In this document: positions 31,482 to 43,382 of the stretch, piece after piece | Numbering within the stretch: the stretch's first letter is position 1 | How the letters are laid out: each line of letters begins with the position of its first letter | NCBI GenBank assembly: GCA_963662315.1 | Contig: OY759353.1 | Location: forward strand, 512,001 to 576,000 | Length of the DNA: 64,000 nucleotides | Reading direction: 5' to 3' | Origin: Geopsychrobacteraceae bacterium | GTDB taxonomy: Bacteria; Desulfobacterota; Desulfuromonadia; Desulfuromonadales; Geopsychrobacteraceae | Notes under the pieces: generated by a model | What the model was told of the DNA's origin: nothing | Seen by the model: the letters and a program-made list of their open reading frames with translations, nothing else | Database searches by the model: none | Made by a program: the position numbers and the translations under genes

Positions 31482-33344
31482 TCAGTTGGTTGAAATTTCC
31501 GGTTCGACGATATAGCGTTTTATTTTACGGGTTGTTGTCTTCGGGAATTCATCTTCTCTTAAGGTAAACTTCTTGACGCGTTTGTAGTCGGCTAAGTCCT
31601 TACCGTAAATCTGGATTTCTTTGCGGATCAGGTCTTCAATTTCGGCTGCTGACAGTGCGCCACTAGAACGTTCCTTGCTCAGGGCAAACAGGGCTTCTTC
31701 ATTGGGAAATATAACTGCGTAAACCTCTTCCGCAGTGCGGCCGACTTTGTGACCATAAACCATGATCTCGGCAATGTAAGGACTTTTTAGCAGCTGATTT
31801 TCTATCTCTTCCGGGTATACATTTTTACCGTTAGGCGTAACAATAAGGTTTTTCACCCGGCCACAGATAACCAACATCCCCTCTTCGTCGAAGCGGCCCA
31901 AATCTCCCGTGTGGTACCAGCCGTCTCTAAGGACCTCCGCAGTTGCCTGTGGATTATTGTAGTAACCCTGCATAACATTGGGTCCTTTGACGACAATTTC
32001 ACCTTCGCCGTGCTCATTGGGCGCTGCAATTTTAACTTCAATGTCATCAAGAACGTGTCCCACGGTGCCGGGCTTGCTTTTGAATGGACTTTCGGCCGAT
32101 ATGACCGGTGATGTTTCAGTGATGCCATAGCCCTGCAGCAGGCGTAGCCCCAGGGTTTGGAAGCCCGCGGCGATCTCAGGGTCCAATGCGGCCCCTCCGC
32201 TGACGAAGGTAGTATTTTCACCAAAAGCCTGCTGAACCTTTCCGGTGATCAGTTTGCGGGTAAGAGAAAATCGGTACAGCAGACGTGATGCTCTTTTGGA
32301 ATCTATGTTTTTAATGATTCGCTCGTAGAGCAGGCGGTAAACAGCCGGAACCGCAAGCAGGAAAGTTGGGCGAATTTCATTGAGGTTGTCCCCCAACTTT
32401 TTAATCGATTCTGCGAATGTGACCTTTCCCCCCAGCGATAGCGGCAGTAGAATCCCGCATACCTGCTCAAAAACGTGATTAATTGGTAAAAATGAAAGGG
32501 TCTGTATGGAACTGTCAAGGCGAAACCTGCTGATCGCAGCGTCGATGTTGCTGACGATATTGCGGTGACTGAGCATCGCGCCTTTGGCTTTGCCTGTCGT
32601 CCCGGAAGTGTAAAGGATGACAGCTGTCGCGTCAGGCTGATTTCCTGCCGGAAGCGGTTTTTCTGAGCGGAAAATATCCTTGTAGGAAAACAGCCGATTT
32701 TCCTTGATGAGCCGGTTCCGGGTCTTCTCTGTCTCGGAAAAGATATCAATCTTGTGGGGTTTGATGGTTTGTTGTGAACTTTCCCGTGTCAACAGTCCGT
32801 GTGCCACCAGGACGGCTTCTTCAATCTCAGCGCTCCTGTCTCGGGGGATACTGAGATCATCGACCAGCTTGTGCCAAAGGGAGGATAATTGTTCAAGGGC
32901 ACCGGCCAGTTCTCCTTTGCCAGTTAAATCGCTAAGTGGAGTGTCCAGCAGGATGGTATGTGTGAGCGACGGGAGATCCTCCACAATCTCAAGTAAAATT
33001 TCAAATTGACTCTGTCCGGCAAATACCGCTTTGACATCAGAGTCATTCAGTATGTGCCTTAGTTCTGTCGCTTTAAGTTCTTTATCGATGGGTACCGCAA
33101 TGCAGCCGGCATTAAAAATCGCCAGATAAGCGGCCACCCAACGTGGTGATGAACTGGCCAGTAAGGCAATGTGGGTTCTGGGAGCTATGCCCAGGTGCTG
33201 AATGCCGCTGGCAATTTTCTCAACATTGGACCAGAGGTCGCGATACGTTAATGTTCGCCACTGGGATTTAATTTTATGTTGAAAAGCTATGTTGTCTGCA
33301 TTTTTCTGACAGCTGTAAGCGATAAGCTGATCAATAGTCTGCAC
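31482..33344 (-). CDS. Long-chain fatty acid--CoA ligase (AMP-binding family)
   Basis: YTSGTTGKAKG, GYGITE, WYHTGD and GKNVYPEEIE motifs; GTG start after GGAG. Confidence 0.92.
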   Translation of the reverse strand: MQTIDQLIAYSCQKNADNIAFQHKIKSQWRTLTYRDLWSNVEKIASGIQHLGIAPRTHIALLASSSPRWVAAYLAIFNAGCIAVPIDKELKATELRHILNDSDVKAVFAGQSQFEILLEIVEDLPSLTHTILLDTPLSDLTGKGELAGALEQLSSLWHKLVDDLSIPRDRSAEIEEAVLVAHGLLTRESSQQTIKPHKIDIFSETEKTRNRLIKENRLFSYKDIFRSEKPLPAGNQPDATAVILYTSGTTGKAKGAMLSHRNIVSNIDAAISRFRLDSSIQTLSFLPINHVFEQVCGILLPLSLGGKVTFAESIKKLGDNLNEIRPTFLLAVPAVYRLLYERIIKNIDSKRASRLLYRFSLTRKLITGKVQQAFGENTTFVSGGAALDPEIAAGFQTLGLRLLQGYGITETSPVISAESPFKSKPGTVGHVLDDIEVKIAAPNEHGEGEIVVKGPNVMQGYYNNPQATAEVLRDGWYHTGDLGRFDEEGMLVICGRVKNLIVTPNGKNVYPEEIENQLLKSPYIAEIMVYGHKVGRTAEEVYAVIFPNEEALFALSKERSSGALSAAEIEDLIRKEIQIYGKDLADYKRVKKFTLREDEFPKTTTRKIKRYIVEPEISTN

Positions 33345-33689
33345 GCTAAAGACTCCAAAAAAAGAATGATGGTTGCCCCTCAATAAAGTTTCAAACATAA
33401 CATAAAATACTAGGATCGGAAATGATGTGATCTGTTCAGTCGGCGAAGGGGCTGCTTTGCTAAACAAAACACGGTCGATAGCGAAAAAACTTCTATCTAA
33501 GCTATTGATATTATCAGAAAACAGTGATTTACTCTAACTTTGTCCTCACATTCAGGCAAGATTGTAAATAGTCCCTCCTGTTGCTGCTCCGATATTGATT
33601 GTGTTTACGGCGTGATTGCCGTCGGGCGCGATGAAAGTTCTTGACAGTGCAGGGGTCTATTTGATACAAGAACGCCGCAGTTTGGTTGC

Positions 33690-33764
<75 letters not shown>

Positions 33765-33803
33765 TAGAGCGGCGGCTAACCTGAATATACTGTCCTGAGT
33801 ACG

Positions 33804-33828
33804 AGGCATCGATAAGATGCCTTTTTTT
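33804..33828 (+). terminator. Rho-independent terminator between tRNA-Val and thrS
   Basis: AGGCATC-N5-GATGCCT plus T run. Confidence 0.75.
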
Positions 33829-33845
33829 GTTTAGGGAGAAACTTT

Positions 33846-35762
33846 ATGTCTTTACTGGAGATTGAACTTCCAGATGGTTCAAAAAAAGAAGTTGAGAGTG
33901 GATCGACAGCCTACGATGTAGCCGCCAGTATTGGTGAAGGGCTTGCCAGGCAGTCAATCGCTGCGCGTTTTAATGATGAGCTGATTGATATTAATCGACC
34001 TCTCGAAGTATCTGGAAAGCTTTCTCTTATAACTCAGAGCTCGCCTGAGGCGCTTGAGATCGTTCGTCACTCATGTGCGCACCTTATGGCGCAGGCGGTT
34101 AAAGAGCTGTATGGTGATGCCGTTCAGGTGACCATCGGTCCGGCAATTAAAGATGGGTTTTACTATGATTTTTATAGTCAAACAAAAAAGTTTGTTCCTG
34201 AAGATTTCCCCGTTATTGAAGCCAAAATGGCCGAGCTCGTTAAGGCTGACCTGCCAGTAACGCGTGAGGTTATTGGTCGTGGTGCCGCCATTGAAATGTT
34301 TCGTGGCATGGGCGAGGCCTATAAGGTTGAACTGATTGAAGATCTCGATGTCGAAACCGTTTCCCTCTATCGCCAGGGGGATTTTGTTGATTTGTGTCGA
34401 GGTCCCCATGTTCCACGTACTGGTATACATAAAGCTTTTAAATTGACCAGTCTGGCAGGTGCCTATTGGCGGGGTGATGAAAAAAGGGCTATGCTGCAGC
34501 GTGTCTACGCGACGGCGTTCCTTAATAAGAAAGATTTGAAAGCGCACCTGGAAAGGCTTGAAGAAGCGAAAAAACGTGATCATCGTAAGCTTGGTCGCGA
34601 GCTTGATCTTTTTTCTTTCAGTGAAGATGCCGGTGGCGGACTGGTGTTATGGCATCCCAAAGGGGCTATGCTGCGCACTATTATAGAAGATTTTGAGCGT
34701 AAAGAGCACCTTAAGCGTGGTTATGATATTGTCGTCGGCCCACAGATTCTCAAGACCGATCTGTGGAAAATGTCTGGGCATTACGAGAATTACCGCGAGA
34801 ATATGTACTTTACCGAGGTTGATGAGCAGAGTTACGGCATCAAGCCGATGAACTGCCTCGCCCATATGCTGATCTATAAATCGAAGCCTCGTTCTTACCG
34901 TAACTTGCCGGTGCGTTTCTTTGAGCTTGGCACTGTCCATCGGCATGAGAAATCTGGTGTCCTGCATGGTTTACTGCGGGTCCGTGGTTTTACCCAGGAT
35001 GATGCGCACATTATTTGTCGTCCCGATCAGATCGACAGCGAAGTGAAGGGGGTTATGCGCTTTGTCCAGGATGTTGCCAGCATCTTTGGTTTTGAATACA
35101 CCATGGAGTTGTCGACCCGTCCGGAGAAATCGATTGGCAGTGATGCTGACTGGGAGCAGGCAACCAATGCTCTGCGCAGTGCCCTGGAGGGGAGTGGGCA
35201 AGTATACGAAATTAATGAAGGGGATGGCGCTTTTTATGGTCCGAAGATCGATGTTAAGCTGAAGGACGCGCTTGACAGGGAATGGCAATGTGCTACAATT
35301 CAGTGCGATTTTACGCTGCCGGAGCGGTTTGATCTGAACTATATTGGTTCTGATGGTGAAAAACACAGGCCGGTAATGCTGCATCGGGTTATTGTTGGCT
35401 CGATTGAACGCTTTATAGGTGTGTTGATTGAGCATTATGCCGGAAGCTTCCCTCTTTGGCTGTCGCCGGTTCAGGCGATCGTTCTGAATGTTACAGACAA
35501 TCAGGCTGATTACGCTCAGGAAGTTTTTGAACAGCTGCGTGCGGCTGGCGTGCGCGTCGAGCTCGATTTGCGTAATGAAAAACTTGGATTCAAGATTCGT
35601 GAAGCCCAAGTTGGAAAAATCCCGTACATGCTCGTTATTGGGGATCGTGAAGTTACTGAGAAGACCGTATCTCCACGCTTCAGGGATGGCAGTTCTTTGG
35701 ATGCCATGAGCGTGGATAATTTTGTTGATTTCGTTAAAGCTCAGGCTGCGCAATACAAGTAA
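33846..35762 (+). CDS. thrS: Threonine--tRNA ligase
   Basis: TGS domain, RHSCAHL, DLCRGPH, KPMNC and FTQDDAH motifs. Confidence 0.98.
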   Translation: MSLLEIELPDGSKKEVESGSTAYDVAASIGEGLARQSIAARFNDELIDINRPLEVSGKLSLITQSSPEALEIVRHSCAHLMAQAVKELYGDAVQVTIGPAIKDGFYYDFYSQTKKFVPEDFPVIEAKMAELVKADLPVTREVIGRGAAIEMFRGMGEAYKVELIEDLDVETVSLYRQGDFVDLCRGPHVPRTGIHKAFKLTSLAGAYWRGDEKRAMLQRVYATAFLNKKDLKAHLERLEEAKKRDHRKLGRELDLFSFSEDAGGGLVLWHPKGAMLRTIIEDFERKEHLKRGYDIVVGPQILKTDLWKMSGHYENYRENMYFTEVDEQSYGIKPMNCLAHMLIYKSKPRSYRNLPVRFFELGTVHRHEKSGVLHGLLRVRGFTQDDAHIICRPDQIDSEVKGVMRFVQDVASIFGFEYTMELSTRPEKSIGSDADWEQATNALRSALEGSGQVYEINEGDGAFYGPKIDVKLKDALDREWQCATIQCDFTLPERFDLNYIGSDGEKHRPVMLHRVIVGSIERFIGVLIEHYAGSFPLWLSPVQAIVLNVTDNQADYAQEVFEQLRAAGVRVELDLRNEKLGFKIREAQVGKIPYMLVIGDREVTEKTVSPRFRDGSSLDAMSVDNFVDFVKAQAAQYK

Positions 35763-35819
35763 TCGCCGCGGCTGCGCATAATTTATTTTATCAACTAAAA
35801 AGCGTATAGGAGTAGAGCC

Positions 35820-36332
35820 ATAGCTAAAGAAGCCAACATAAATGAAGCCATCACAGCCCGTAAGGTTCGGGTTATTGATGACGAGGGCGGTCAGTTAGGT
35901 ATCCTGGCCATTGATGATGCCCTGGCAAAAGCAGAAAGTGCCGGTCTTGACCTGGTAGAAGTTTCCCCGCAGGCAGATCCGCCGGTTTGCCGCATTATGG
36001 ACTACGGGAAGTACAAATACCAGCAGGCTAAACGCGCTTCAGAAGCAAAAAAGAAGCAGGTTAAGGTCGAAATCAAAGAAGTTAAGATGAGGCCTAAAAC
36101 CGAGGAGCATGATTTTCAGTTCAAAATGAAGCATGCACGGCGTTTTCTTGAAGAAGGTAATAAGGTGAAACTGACCATCATGTTCCGCGGGCGAGAAAAT
36201 GCTCACCCTGAACAGGGGACGATGCAGCTTGAAAAAGTTGTGGAAGCCCTTAAGGACGTCGGTCAGGTCGAAGCCCAACCCAGTAAGATGGGGCGCTTCA
36301 TGACGATGATGATCGGCCCACTTAAAAAATAG
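35820..36332 (+). CDS. infC: Translation initiation factor IF-3 (non-canonical ATA start)
   Basis: The frame is open from ATA 35820, 7 nt after AGGAG: (M)AKEANINEAITARKVRVID..QLG..LDLVEVSPQADPPVCRIMDYGKYKY. The ORF track shows only the C-terminal part. Confidence 0.93.
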   Translation: MAKEANINEAITARKVRVIDDEGGQLGILAIDDALAKAESAGLDLVEVSPQADPPVCRIMDYGKYKYQQAKRASEAKKKQVKVEIKEVKMRPKTEEHDFQFKMKHARRFLEEGNKVKLTIMFRGRENAHPEQGTMQLEKVVEALKDVGQVEAQPSKMGRFMTMMIGPLKK

Positions 36333-36376
36333 TAAGATGTTAACCTCACAGATCAAAACGAAACAGGAGAGACCAA

Positions 36377-36574
36377 ATGCCTAAAATTAAAACCAACCGC
36401 GGTGCGGCCAAGCGTTTTCGCAAAACCGGCACTGGCAAGATCCGTCGGAACAAAGCTTTTACCAGCCACATTCTGACCAAAAAAACGACCAAGCGTAAGC
36501 GTGATCTGCGTCAGGCTTGTGTTGTTGCTAAAGTTGACGAGCGTAACATTGCTCAACTGATTCCTTATCTGTAA
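36377..36574 (+). CDS. rpmI: 50S ribosomal protein L35
   Basis: [14 protein letters not shown]...HILTKK. Confidence 0.98.
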   Translation: MPKIKTNRGAAKRFRKTGTGKIRRNKAFTSHILTKKTTKRKRDLRQACVVAKVDERNIAQLIPYL

Positions 36575-36676
36575 TCATCGGTTACAGAGGTTGTGAACTG
36601 TGGGGACATCTCCCCCTGCAGATCCATCCACGGCGAAAGCCGAAATACTAACTAATCTTAAGAAGGAGCAAGTGAG
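36568..36676 (+). ncRNA. Structured rpmI-rplT spacer, candidate L20 ribosomal-protein leader
   Basis: Three consecutive hairpins: TCTGTAA/TTACAGA, GGGGA-CATC-TCCCC and CGGC-GAAA-GCCG. Confidence 0.45.
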
Positions 36677-37033
36677 ATGCCAAGAGTAAAAAGAGGCTTT
36701 AAAGCCAGACAGCGCCGTAATAAAGTTTTAAAACTTGCTAAAGGTTATCGTGGTGCCCGGAGCAAGTTATTCCGTTCAGCTACTGAAGCCGTAGATCGCG
36801 CTTTAAACTATGCTTTTCGCGACCGTCGTGTTAAAAAGCGGGATTTCCGGGCGTTGTGGATTGCTCGGATTAATGCTGCTGCACGTGAGAATGGTCTCTC
36901 CTACAGTCGCCTCATTCATGGTTTGAAACAGGCTGAAGTTGCACTGGACAGAAAAATCATGGCAGATCTTGCTGTGAACGATCCTGCAGGGTTTACTGCT
37001 GTGGTTGAAACGGCGAAGGCACAGTTACAGTAG
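36677..37033 (+). CDS. rplT: 50S ribosomal protein L20
   Basis: MPRVKRG...AKGYRG...[13 protein letters not shown]. Confidence 0.98.
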   Translation: MPRVKRGFKARQRRNKVLKLAKGYRGARSKLFRSATEAVDRALNYAFRDRRVKKRDFRALWIARINAAARENGLSYSRLIHGLKQAEVALDRKIMADLAVNDPAGFTAVVETAKAQLQ

Positions 37034-37050
37034 CCGAAGTCTGACTGTTT

Positions 37051-37089
37051 AAAAGGAGATGGAGTTGCTACTTCATCTCCTTTTTTTTT
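37051..37089 (+). terminator. Rho-independent terminator after rplT
   Basis: AAAAGGAGATGGAGT/ACTTCATCTCCTTTT stem plus T9. Confidence 0.85.
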
Positions 37090-37112
37090 GTTGTCTGATT
37101 GGACTCTTGTAA

Positions 37113-38171
<1,059 letters not shown>

Positions 38172-38192
38172 TTCGAATCGAGGATTTTTAAC

Positions 38193-40607
38193 ATGATTGT
38201 CACTTATAATTGGTTGAAAGACTTTGTTGATTTCGAATATAGCCCGCAGGAATTATGTGATCGCCTGACTATGGCTGGTCTTGAGGTTGACTCTCTTGAA
38301 GAAATTGGCGGCGGTCTTGATTCTGTCGTTGTTGCCAAGCTTGAATCCGTTGCAACTCACCCTGACGCAGATCGCCTGACGGTTTGCCAGGTTAATAATG
38401 GTCAGGATATTATTCAGGTTGTCTGCGGAGCCACAAATCATAAAAGCGGTGATTATGTCGCTTTTGCCCAGGTTGGATCAATCCTCCCCGGGGATTTTAA
38501 AATCAAGAAATCCAAAATTCGGGGTCAGGAATCACAAGGGATGCTATGTTCCGAAAAAGAACTCGGTCTTGCTGCTGAGTCTGCCGGAATTATGATTCTG
38601 TCTCAAGATCTAACCCTTGGTGTTCCTGTTTTTGAGGCTCTTAAACTGCGTGATTTTCGGATTGAAATCGGCTTAACTCCGAATCGTCCAGATTGTCTCA
38701 GCGTTGTTGGTGTGGCCCGCGAAGTTGCCGCACTATGTGGAAAACCGCTGAAATTGCCTGCTCCTGTCATTTGTGAAGGGGCTGTAGATATCAAAAGTCA
38801 GGCGAGTGTCCTCGTTGAAAATAGTGATGGATGCCCACGCTACGCCGCGCGCATGATTAAGGGGATATCTATTGCTCCTTCACCGGACTGGCTGGTGCGA
38901 AGGCTTGAAGCTGTTGGGGTGCGTTCGATTAATAACATTGTCGATGTTACAAATTATGTGATGATGGAATTAGGTCATCCTCTGCATGCCTTTGATTATC
39001 GCTATCTGGCAGATCAGAGAATTGTTGTTCGCAATGCCTCTGAAAATTATAAATTCAAGACTCTTGATGATCAGGAGCGGACTCTGACCAGTGAGGATCT
39101 GATGATCTGTGATGGTCAGAAACCAGTCGCTCTGGCCGGTATAATGGGAGGGCAGAATTCAGAAGTTCAGGATGATACCAGCGATATTCTTCTTGAGGCC
39201 GCTTATTTCAAGCCCACTATGGTCCGTCGCAGCAGCAAACGTCATGGCCTGCATACGGAGTCTTCTCATCGTTTTGAACGTGGCGCGGATATCGATATGA
39301 TTCCTGTCGCTCTTGATCGTGCCGCTGCCCTTATGGCCGACCTCGGAAAAGGAGAGGTTCTTGCCGGTATTATCGATAATTATCCAGAGCCGCTTAAAAC
39401 TCCGGTGTTGTCTTTAAGTCTGCAGAAAACAATTGCTTTACTTGATGCTCAGGTATCTCCTGACCAGGTGGCCGGTCTGCTCACCTCAATTGGACTTGCT
39501 GTTGAGAAAACTGACAATCCTGATCTTCTACGCGTTACAGCACCCAGTTTCCGTCCTGATCTTGAACGTGAGGTTGATCTAATTGAAGAAGTTGCTCGAC
39601 TATTCGGTTATGATAATATCCCTGTCACCATGCCGATCGGAACAGTCGATTCCGGATTGACACCTGCGCAACAACGGGTGCCCAGTTTGATTCAGGATAT
39701 TTTTACCGGCAAGGGGTTCTCTGAGACTATTAGTTACTCCTTCGTCTCTCAGGAGCTTCTTGGTCGCCTTGGTTTGCCTGCCGATGATGCCCGGACCCGG
39801 CCTGTGAAACTGCTTAATCCCCTTTCTGAGGATCAGGCGGTAATGCGTACCAGTCTTGTGCCGAGCATGCTTGAGTCGGTGGCCAGAAATCTCAGTTATC
39901 GTAATCAAGATTTGCGTCTGTTCGAAGTACGTCCGGTGTTCCTGCCAGTGCAAGAGGAGGAAGGTCGTTGTCATGAACAACTTACTCTGGTTGCTGCTAT
40001 TTCTGGACGGCGTGAACCAGAAGGATGGGCTCAAAATAATCAGCCCGTCGATTTTTTCGATGCTAAAGGGATCGTTGAGGATCTGCTTGACTGTTTAGGG
40101 CTTAAGCATGTCAGTTATGCTAATCTTGCTACGCCTCCCTATCTGCACCCCGGTAAGTCCTGCTCAATTGAAACGAAAGAACACGGACTTCTCGGCTTTC
40201 TTGGCGAGGTTCATCCTGAGATTCTGCATAAATTCGATATCGAGCAAGCAGTGTACCTTGTCGAAATAAATGTGGAAAATCTCATAGAGGCTGGAGATAA
40301 AACTAAAAAGTTTACCCCTCTGTCTAAGTATCCCAATGTTATCAGGGATACGGCGCTATTGCTTGATGATTCTGTTACGGCAGCTCAAGTTATTGAAATT
40401 GCAAACCGAAGCATGAAAAAAGAGGTTGAGGATCTAACCCTGTTTGACCTTTATACCGGCAAAGGAATTCCTGCTGGTAAGAAGAGTCTGGCAATCCGGG
40501 TGCGTTACCGTGACCTGGAAAAGACTCTCACTGAAGATGAAGTTGTGAAAATGCATGACAAATTGATCCGCTCCCTTTGTCATCAATTAGGCGCAGAAAT
40601 TCGTTGA
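38193..40607 (+). CDS. pheT: Phenylalanine--tRNA ligase beta subunit
   Basis: HPDADRL, GMLCSEKELG, LTPNRPD, RFERG and DLIEEVAR motifs. Confidence 0.98.
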   Translation: MIVTYNWLKDFVDFEYSPQELCDRLTMAGLEVDSLEEIGGGLDSVVVAKLESVATHPDADRLTVCQVNNGQDIIQVVCGATNHKSGDYVAFAQVGSILPGDFKIKKSKIRGQESQGMLCSEKELGLAAESAGIMILSQDLTLGVPVFEALKLRDFRIEIGLTPNRPDCLSVVGVAREVAALCGKPLKLPAPVICEGAVDIKSQASVLVENSDGCPRYAARMIKGISIAPSPDWLVRRLEAVGVRSINNIVDVTNYVMMELGHPLHAFDYRYLADQRIVVRNASENYKFKTLDDQERTLTSEDLMICDGQKPVALAGIMGGQNSEVQDDTSDILLEAAYFKPTMVRRSSKRHGLHTESSHRFERGADIDMIPVALDRAAALMADLGKGEVLAGIIDNYPEPLKTPVLSLSLQKTIALLDAQVSPDQVAGLLTSIGLAVEKTDNPDLLRVTAPSFRPDLEREVDLIEEVARLFGYDNIPVTMPIGTVDSGLTPAQQRVPSLIQDIFTGKGFSETISYSFVSQELLGRLGLPADDARTRPVKLLNPLSEDQAVMRTSLVPSMLESVARNLSYRNQDLRLFEVRPVFLPVQEEEGRCHEQLTLVAAISGRREPEGWAQNNQPVDFFDAKGIVEDLLDCLGLKHVSYANLATPPYLHPGKSCSIETKEHGLLGFLGEVHPEILHKFDIEQAVYLVEINVENLIEAGDKTKKFTPLSKYPNVIRDTALLLDDSVTAAQVIEIANRSMKKEVEDLTLFDLYTGKGIPAGKKSLAIRVRYRDLEKTLTEDEVVKMHDKLIRSLCHQLGAEIR

Positions 40608-40699
40608 TAGCCCTTGCAGAGACCGCCTCTGTATGGTATGAATTCAGAAAAATCAAATAGATAGTTGAACATTAAACACCTGCCACAGCGGGAGGAAAT

Positions 40700-40975
40700 A
40701 TGACTAAAGCAGATCTTATTGAAAGCGTATACCTGACAACAGGTTTTTCTAAAAAGGAATCAGCTGCCATTGTTGAGATGGTTTTTGATATTATGAAGAA
40801 CACTCTTGAAAATGGCGAAAAAATCAAAATTGCCGGATTCGGTAACTTTGTTGTTAAAGAAAAGGCGTCTCGCCGTGGGCGGAACCCTCAGACTGGCAAT
40901 GAAATCGAAATCTGTGCAAGGAAAATTCTTACATTCAAACCCAGCCAGGTTTTGAAAGCCGCCATTAACGAATAA
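40700..40975 (+). CDS. ihfA: Integration host factor alpha subunit
   Basis: MTKADL, GFGNF and GRNPQTG motifs; follows pheT. Candidate promoter TTGCAG-N17-TATGAA at 40614-40642. Confidence 0.93.
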   Translation: MTKADLIESVYLTTGFSKKESAAIVEMVFDIMKNTLENGEKIKIAGFGNFVVKEKASRRGRNPQTGNEIEICARKILTFKPSQVLKAAINE

Positions 40976-41335
40976 TTGTTGAGTTCTGCGGTGGTAACTA
41001 TTCCTGATAAGCTTTATTTTAAAATAGGTGAAGTTGCGGCTTTACTGGATGTGAAAACGCATGTCCTGCGCTATTGGGAAACTGAGTTTTCAGCATTGAA
41101 GCCGGTTAAAAGTCGCACTAACCAGAGATTGTACCGTCGCAAAGACGTCGAAACTGCCCTGATGATAAAGGATCTGCTTTATCATCAGGGCTTCACTATT
41201 GCCGGAGCCAAGCACCATCTCGATTCTGGTCAACAGACCGCCTTACCTTTTCCCGCTGAACAATCGACAGCTGAGCAGCGGCTGCGTGAGGTCAAGGCTG
41301 ATCTGTTACGCATCCGTAAACATCTCCTTTCCTGA
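40976..41335 (+). CDS. MerR-family HTH protein (ihfA-linked)
   Basis: [22 protein letters not shown] and GFTIAGA motifs; start uncertain. Confidence 0.9.
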   Translation: MLSSAVVTIPDKLYFKIGEVAALLDVKTHVLRYWETEFSALKPVKSRTNQRLYRRKDVETALMIKDLLYHQGFTIAGAKHHLDSGQQTALPFPAEQSTAEQRLREVKADLLRIRKHLLS

Positions 41336-41353
41336 TTTGCTAAAGAGCCTTAT

Positions 41354-42109
41354 GTGTTGATTCTGGTGACTAACGATGACGGTATTCGCTCCCCAGGGTT
41401 GCGGGTTCTGGCTACAACACTCAGCATTATCGGACGTGTCGTGGTCGTTGCCCCAGACCGCAATCGTAGTGCAGTTGGCCATGCTCTTACCTTGGAACGA
41501 CCGTTGAGAGCTGAACAACTTAAGCCAGATGTCTACTCTATTGATGGTACTCCAACTGATTGTGTTCATCTTGGTATTCACGGTCTGATCAATGAAAAGC
41601 CAGATCTGGTTGTCTCGGGAATTAATCGTGGCAGTAATGTCGGTGATGATATTACTTATTCCGGTACGGTCAGTGCTGCTTTAGAGGCTTCTCTTATGGG
41701 CCTTCCTGCTTTTGCTATGTCCTATGATTCTCATCTCCCTCATCCTGAGGGACTTGAATTTGCTGCAGAAGTTGCCCTTAAGTTAGCTAGAAAAATTCTC
41801 GCCGATGGCTTGCCAGCAGATACTTTTTTAAATGTCAATGTTCCCCATAAAGAATGCAAGGGGCTGCAACTGACCAGACAGGGAAGGCGTCGCTACACTG
41901 AGCAGATTGTGACTAATAAAGACCCTCGCGGTCGTACTTATTATTGGATTGCCGGATCAGAAATACCATCTATTGACCAGCCGGGGACAGACAGTCATGC
42001 TCTGCAGCGTGGTTTTGTCAGTGTCTCGCCGCTGAGAACTCATTTAACCCACGAACAGTCATATTGCTCTCTGCAAGGTTGGCTCGATTCCCTGATAAAG
42101 GCTTCTTAA
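41354..42109 (+). CDS. surE: 5'/3'-nucleotidase SurE
   Basis: [20 protein letters not shown] and YSGTV motifs. Confidence 0.97.
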   Translation: MLILVTNDDGIRSPGLRVLATTLSIIGRVVVVAPDRNRSAVGHALTLERPLRAEQLKPDVYSIDGTPTDCVHLGIHGLINEKPDLVVSGINRGSNVGDDITYSGTVSAALEASLMGLPAFAMSYDSHLPHPEGLEFAAEVALKLARKILADGLPADTFLNVNVPHKECKGLQLTRQGRRRYTEQIVTNKDPRGRTYYWIAGSEIPSIDQPGTDSHALQRGFVSVSPLRTHLTHEQSYCSLQGWLDSLIKAS

Positions 42110-42759
42110 TGGATTATGCCGTAGCTCGTCGGCGCATGGTTGAACAGCATATAATCGCACGTGGCGTCGAAGATCAGCGTGTTATCCAGGCTATGCTTCA
42201 GGTCCCTCGCCATTGTTTTGTTGAGCCAGGCCTTCATAGCCACGCCTATGGTGATGGTTCGTTGCCTATCGGCGAAAAACAAACTATTTCTCAGCCTTAC
42301 ATCGTAGCGGTTATGACGGCCGCTCTCGGTCTTAACGGCTCCGAACGTATTCTTGAGATCGGCACCGGGTCCGGATATCAGACGGCTATTCTTGCCAAAC
42401 TGGCAAAGCGTGTCTATTCCGTTGAGCGGATCGCGTCATTGGCGAGCCGGGCCAGACGTATTCTTGATCATTTGAATCTCTATAATATCAATATCAAAAT
42501 TGGTGATGGTACGGTCGGTTGGAAAGAACAGGCCCCTTTTGACGGTATTCTTGTCGCTGCTGGTGGTCCTGAAGTTCCTGAAGCGTATCTTCAGCAACTA
42601 GATATTGGAGGAAGACTTGTTATGCCCGTCGGTGATCGTGATACTCAAGTGCTGGTTCGTTATACTCGAACTGAACATGGCTATGTCAAAGAATCTTTAA
42701 TGGATTGTCGCTTTGTCCCTCTCATTGGTCAGAGCGGCTGGTCGACAGATACGTTCTGA
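42109..42759 (+). CDS. pcm: Protein-L-isoaspartate O-methyltransferase
   Basis: [17 protein letters not shown] and RFVPL motifs. Confidence 0.97.
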   Translation: MDYAVARRRMVEQHIIARGVEDQRVIQAMLQVPRHCFVEPGLHSHAYGDGSLPIGEKQTISQPYIVAVMTAALGLNGSERILEIGTGSGYQTAILAKLAKRVYSVERIASLASRARRILDHLNLYNINIKIGDGTVGWKEQAPFDGILVAAGGPEVPEAYLQQLDIGGRLVMPVGDRDTQVLVRYTRTEHGYVKESLMDCRFVPLIGQSGWSTDTF

Positions 42760-42760
42760 T

Positions 42761-43354
42761 ATGCATTTTATTAAACGCCTTTATGATTGGATATTGGGCT
42801 GGGCAAATTCCGCCTACAGTGTGCCCGCCCTTGGTTTGCTTGCTCTTGCTGAGGCGAGTTTTTTCCCCATTCCCCCTGACGTGCTTTTAATAGCAATGGC
42901 CCTGTCCAGGCCAAATCGTGCATATCGCTATGCACTTGTCGCATCTGTAGGATCAGTTTTTGGCGGGATTCTCGGTTATTCTATTGGTTGGGGTTTCTGG
43001 GGACTGGCGCAAGACTATTTTTATCAATATGTTCCCGGTGTGAATGCTCAAAATTTCGATTACATTGGGCAGCTGTTTGCTGATTATGGCTTCTGGACAA
43101 TTTTTGCTGCCGGTTTTACACCACTTCCCTATAAACTCTTTACCATTGCAGCTGGCGTTTTCAATATCAATCTTATTGTGTTTGTGTTTGCTTCATTGAT
43201 CAGTCGCAGTTTGCGTTTCTTTCTGGTAGCGACCCTGTTTTTCCATTATGGCCAGCAGGCTAGAACTTATATCGAAAAATATTTTAATATTTTGTCTTAT
43301 GGTGTGTTAGCTTTAATAATTGTTGTTATTGTAGTCTGTAAGTTATTAGGCTAG
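42761..43354 (+). CDS. YqaA/DedA (VTT) family membrane protein
   Basis: EASFFPIPPD and GFTPLPYK motifs; lies between pcm and nlpD. Confidence 0.9.
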   Translation: MHFIKRLYDWILGWANSAYSVPALGLLALAEASFFPIPPDVLLIAMALSRPNRAYRYALVASVGSVFGGILGYSIGWGFWGLAQDYFYQYVPGVNAQNFDYIGQLFADYGFWTIFAAGFTPLPYKLFTIAAGVFNINLIVFVFASLISRSLRFFLVATLFFHYGQQARTYIEKYFNILSYGVLALIIVVIVVCKLLG

Positions 43355-43382
43355 TTGCCATCCGGAAACTCCGAAGGGCAAC

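Noticed and set aside
33498..33510. IHF consensus match (minus strand TATCAATAGCTTA)
   Set aside because: The match is real, but a single short degenerate motif in AT-rich DNA is weak evidence.
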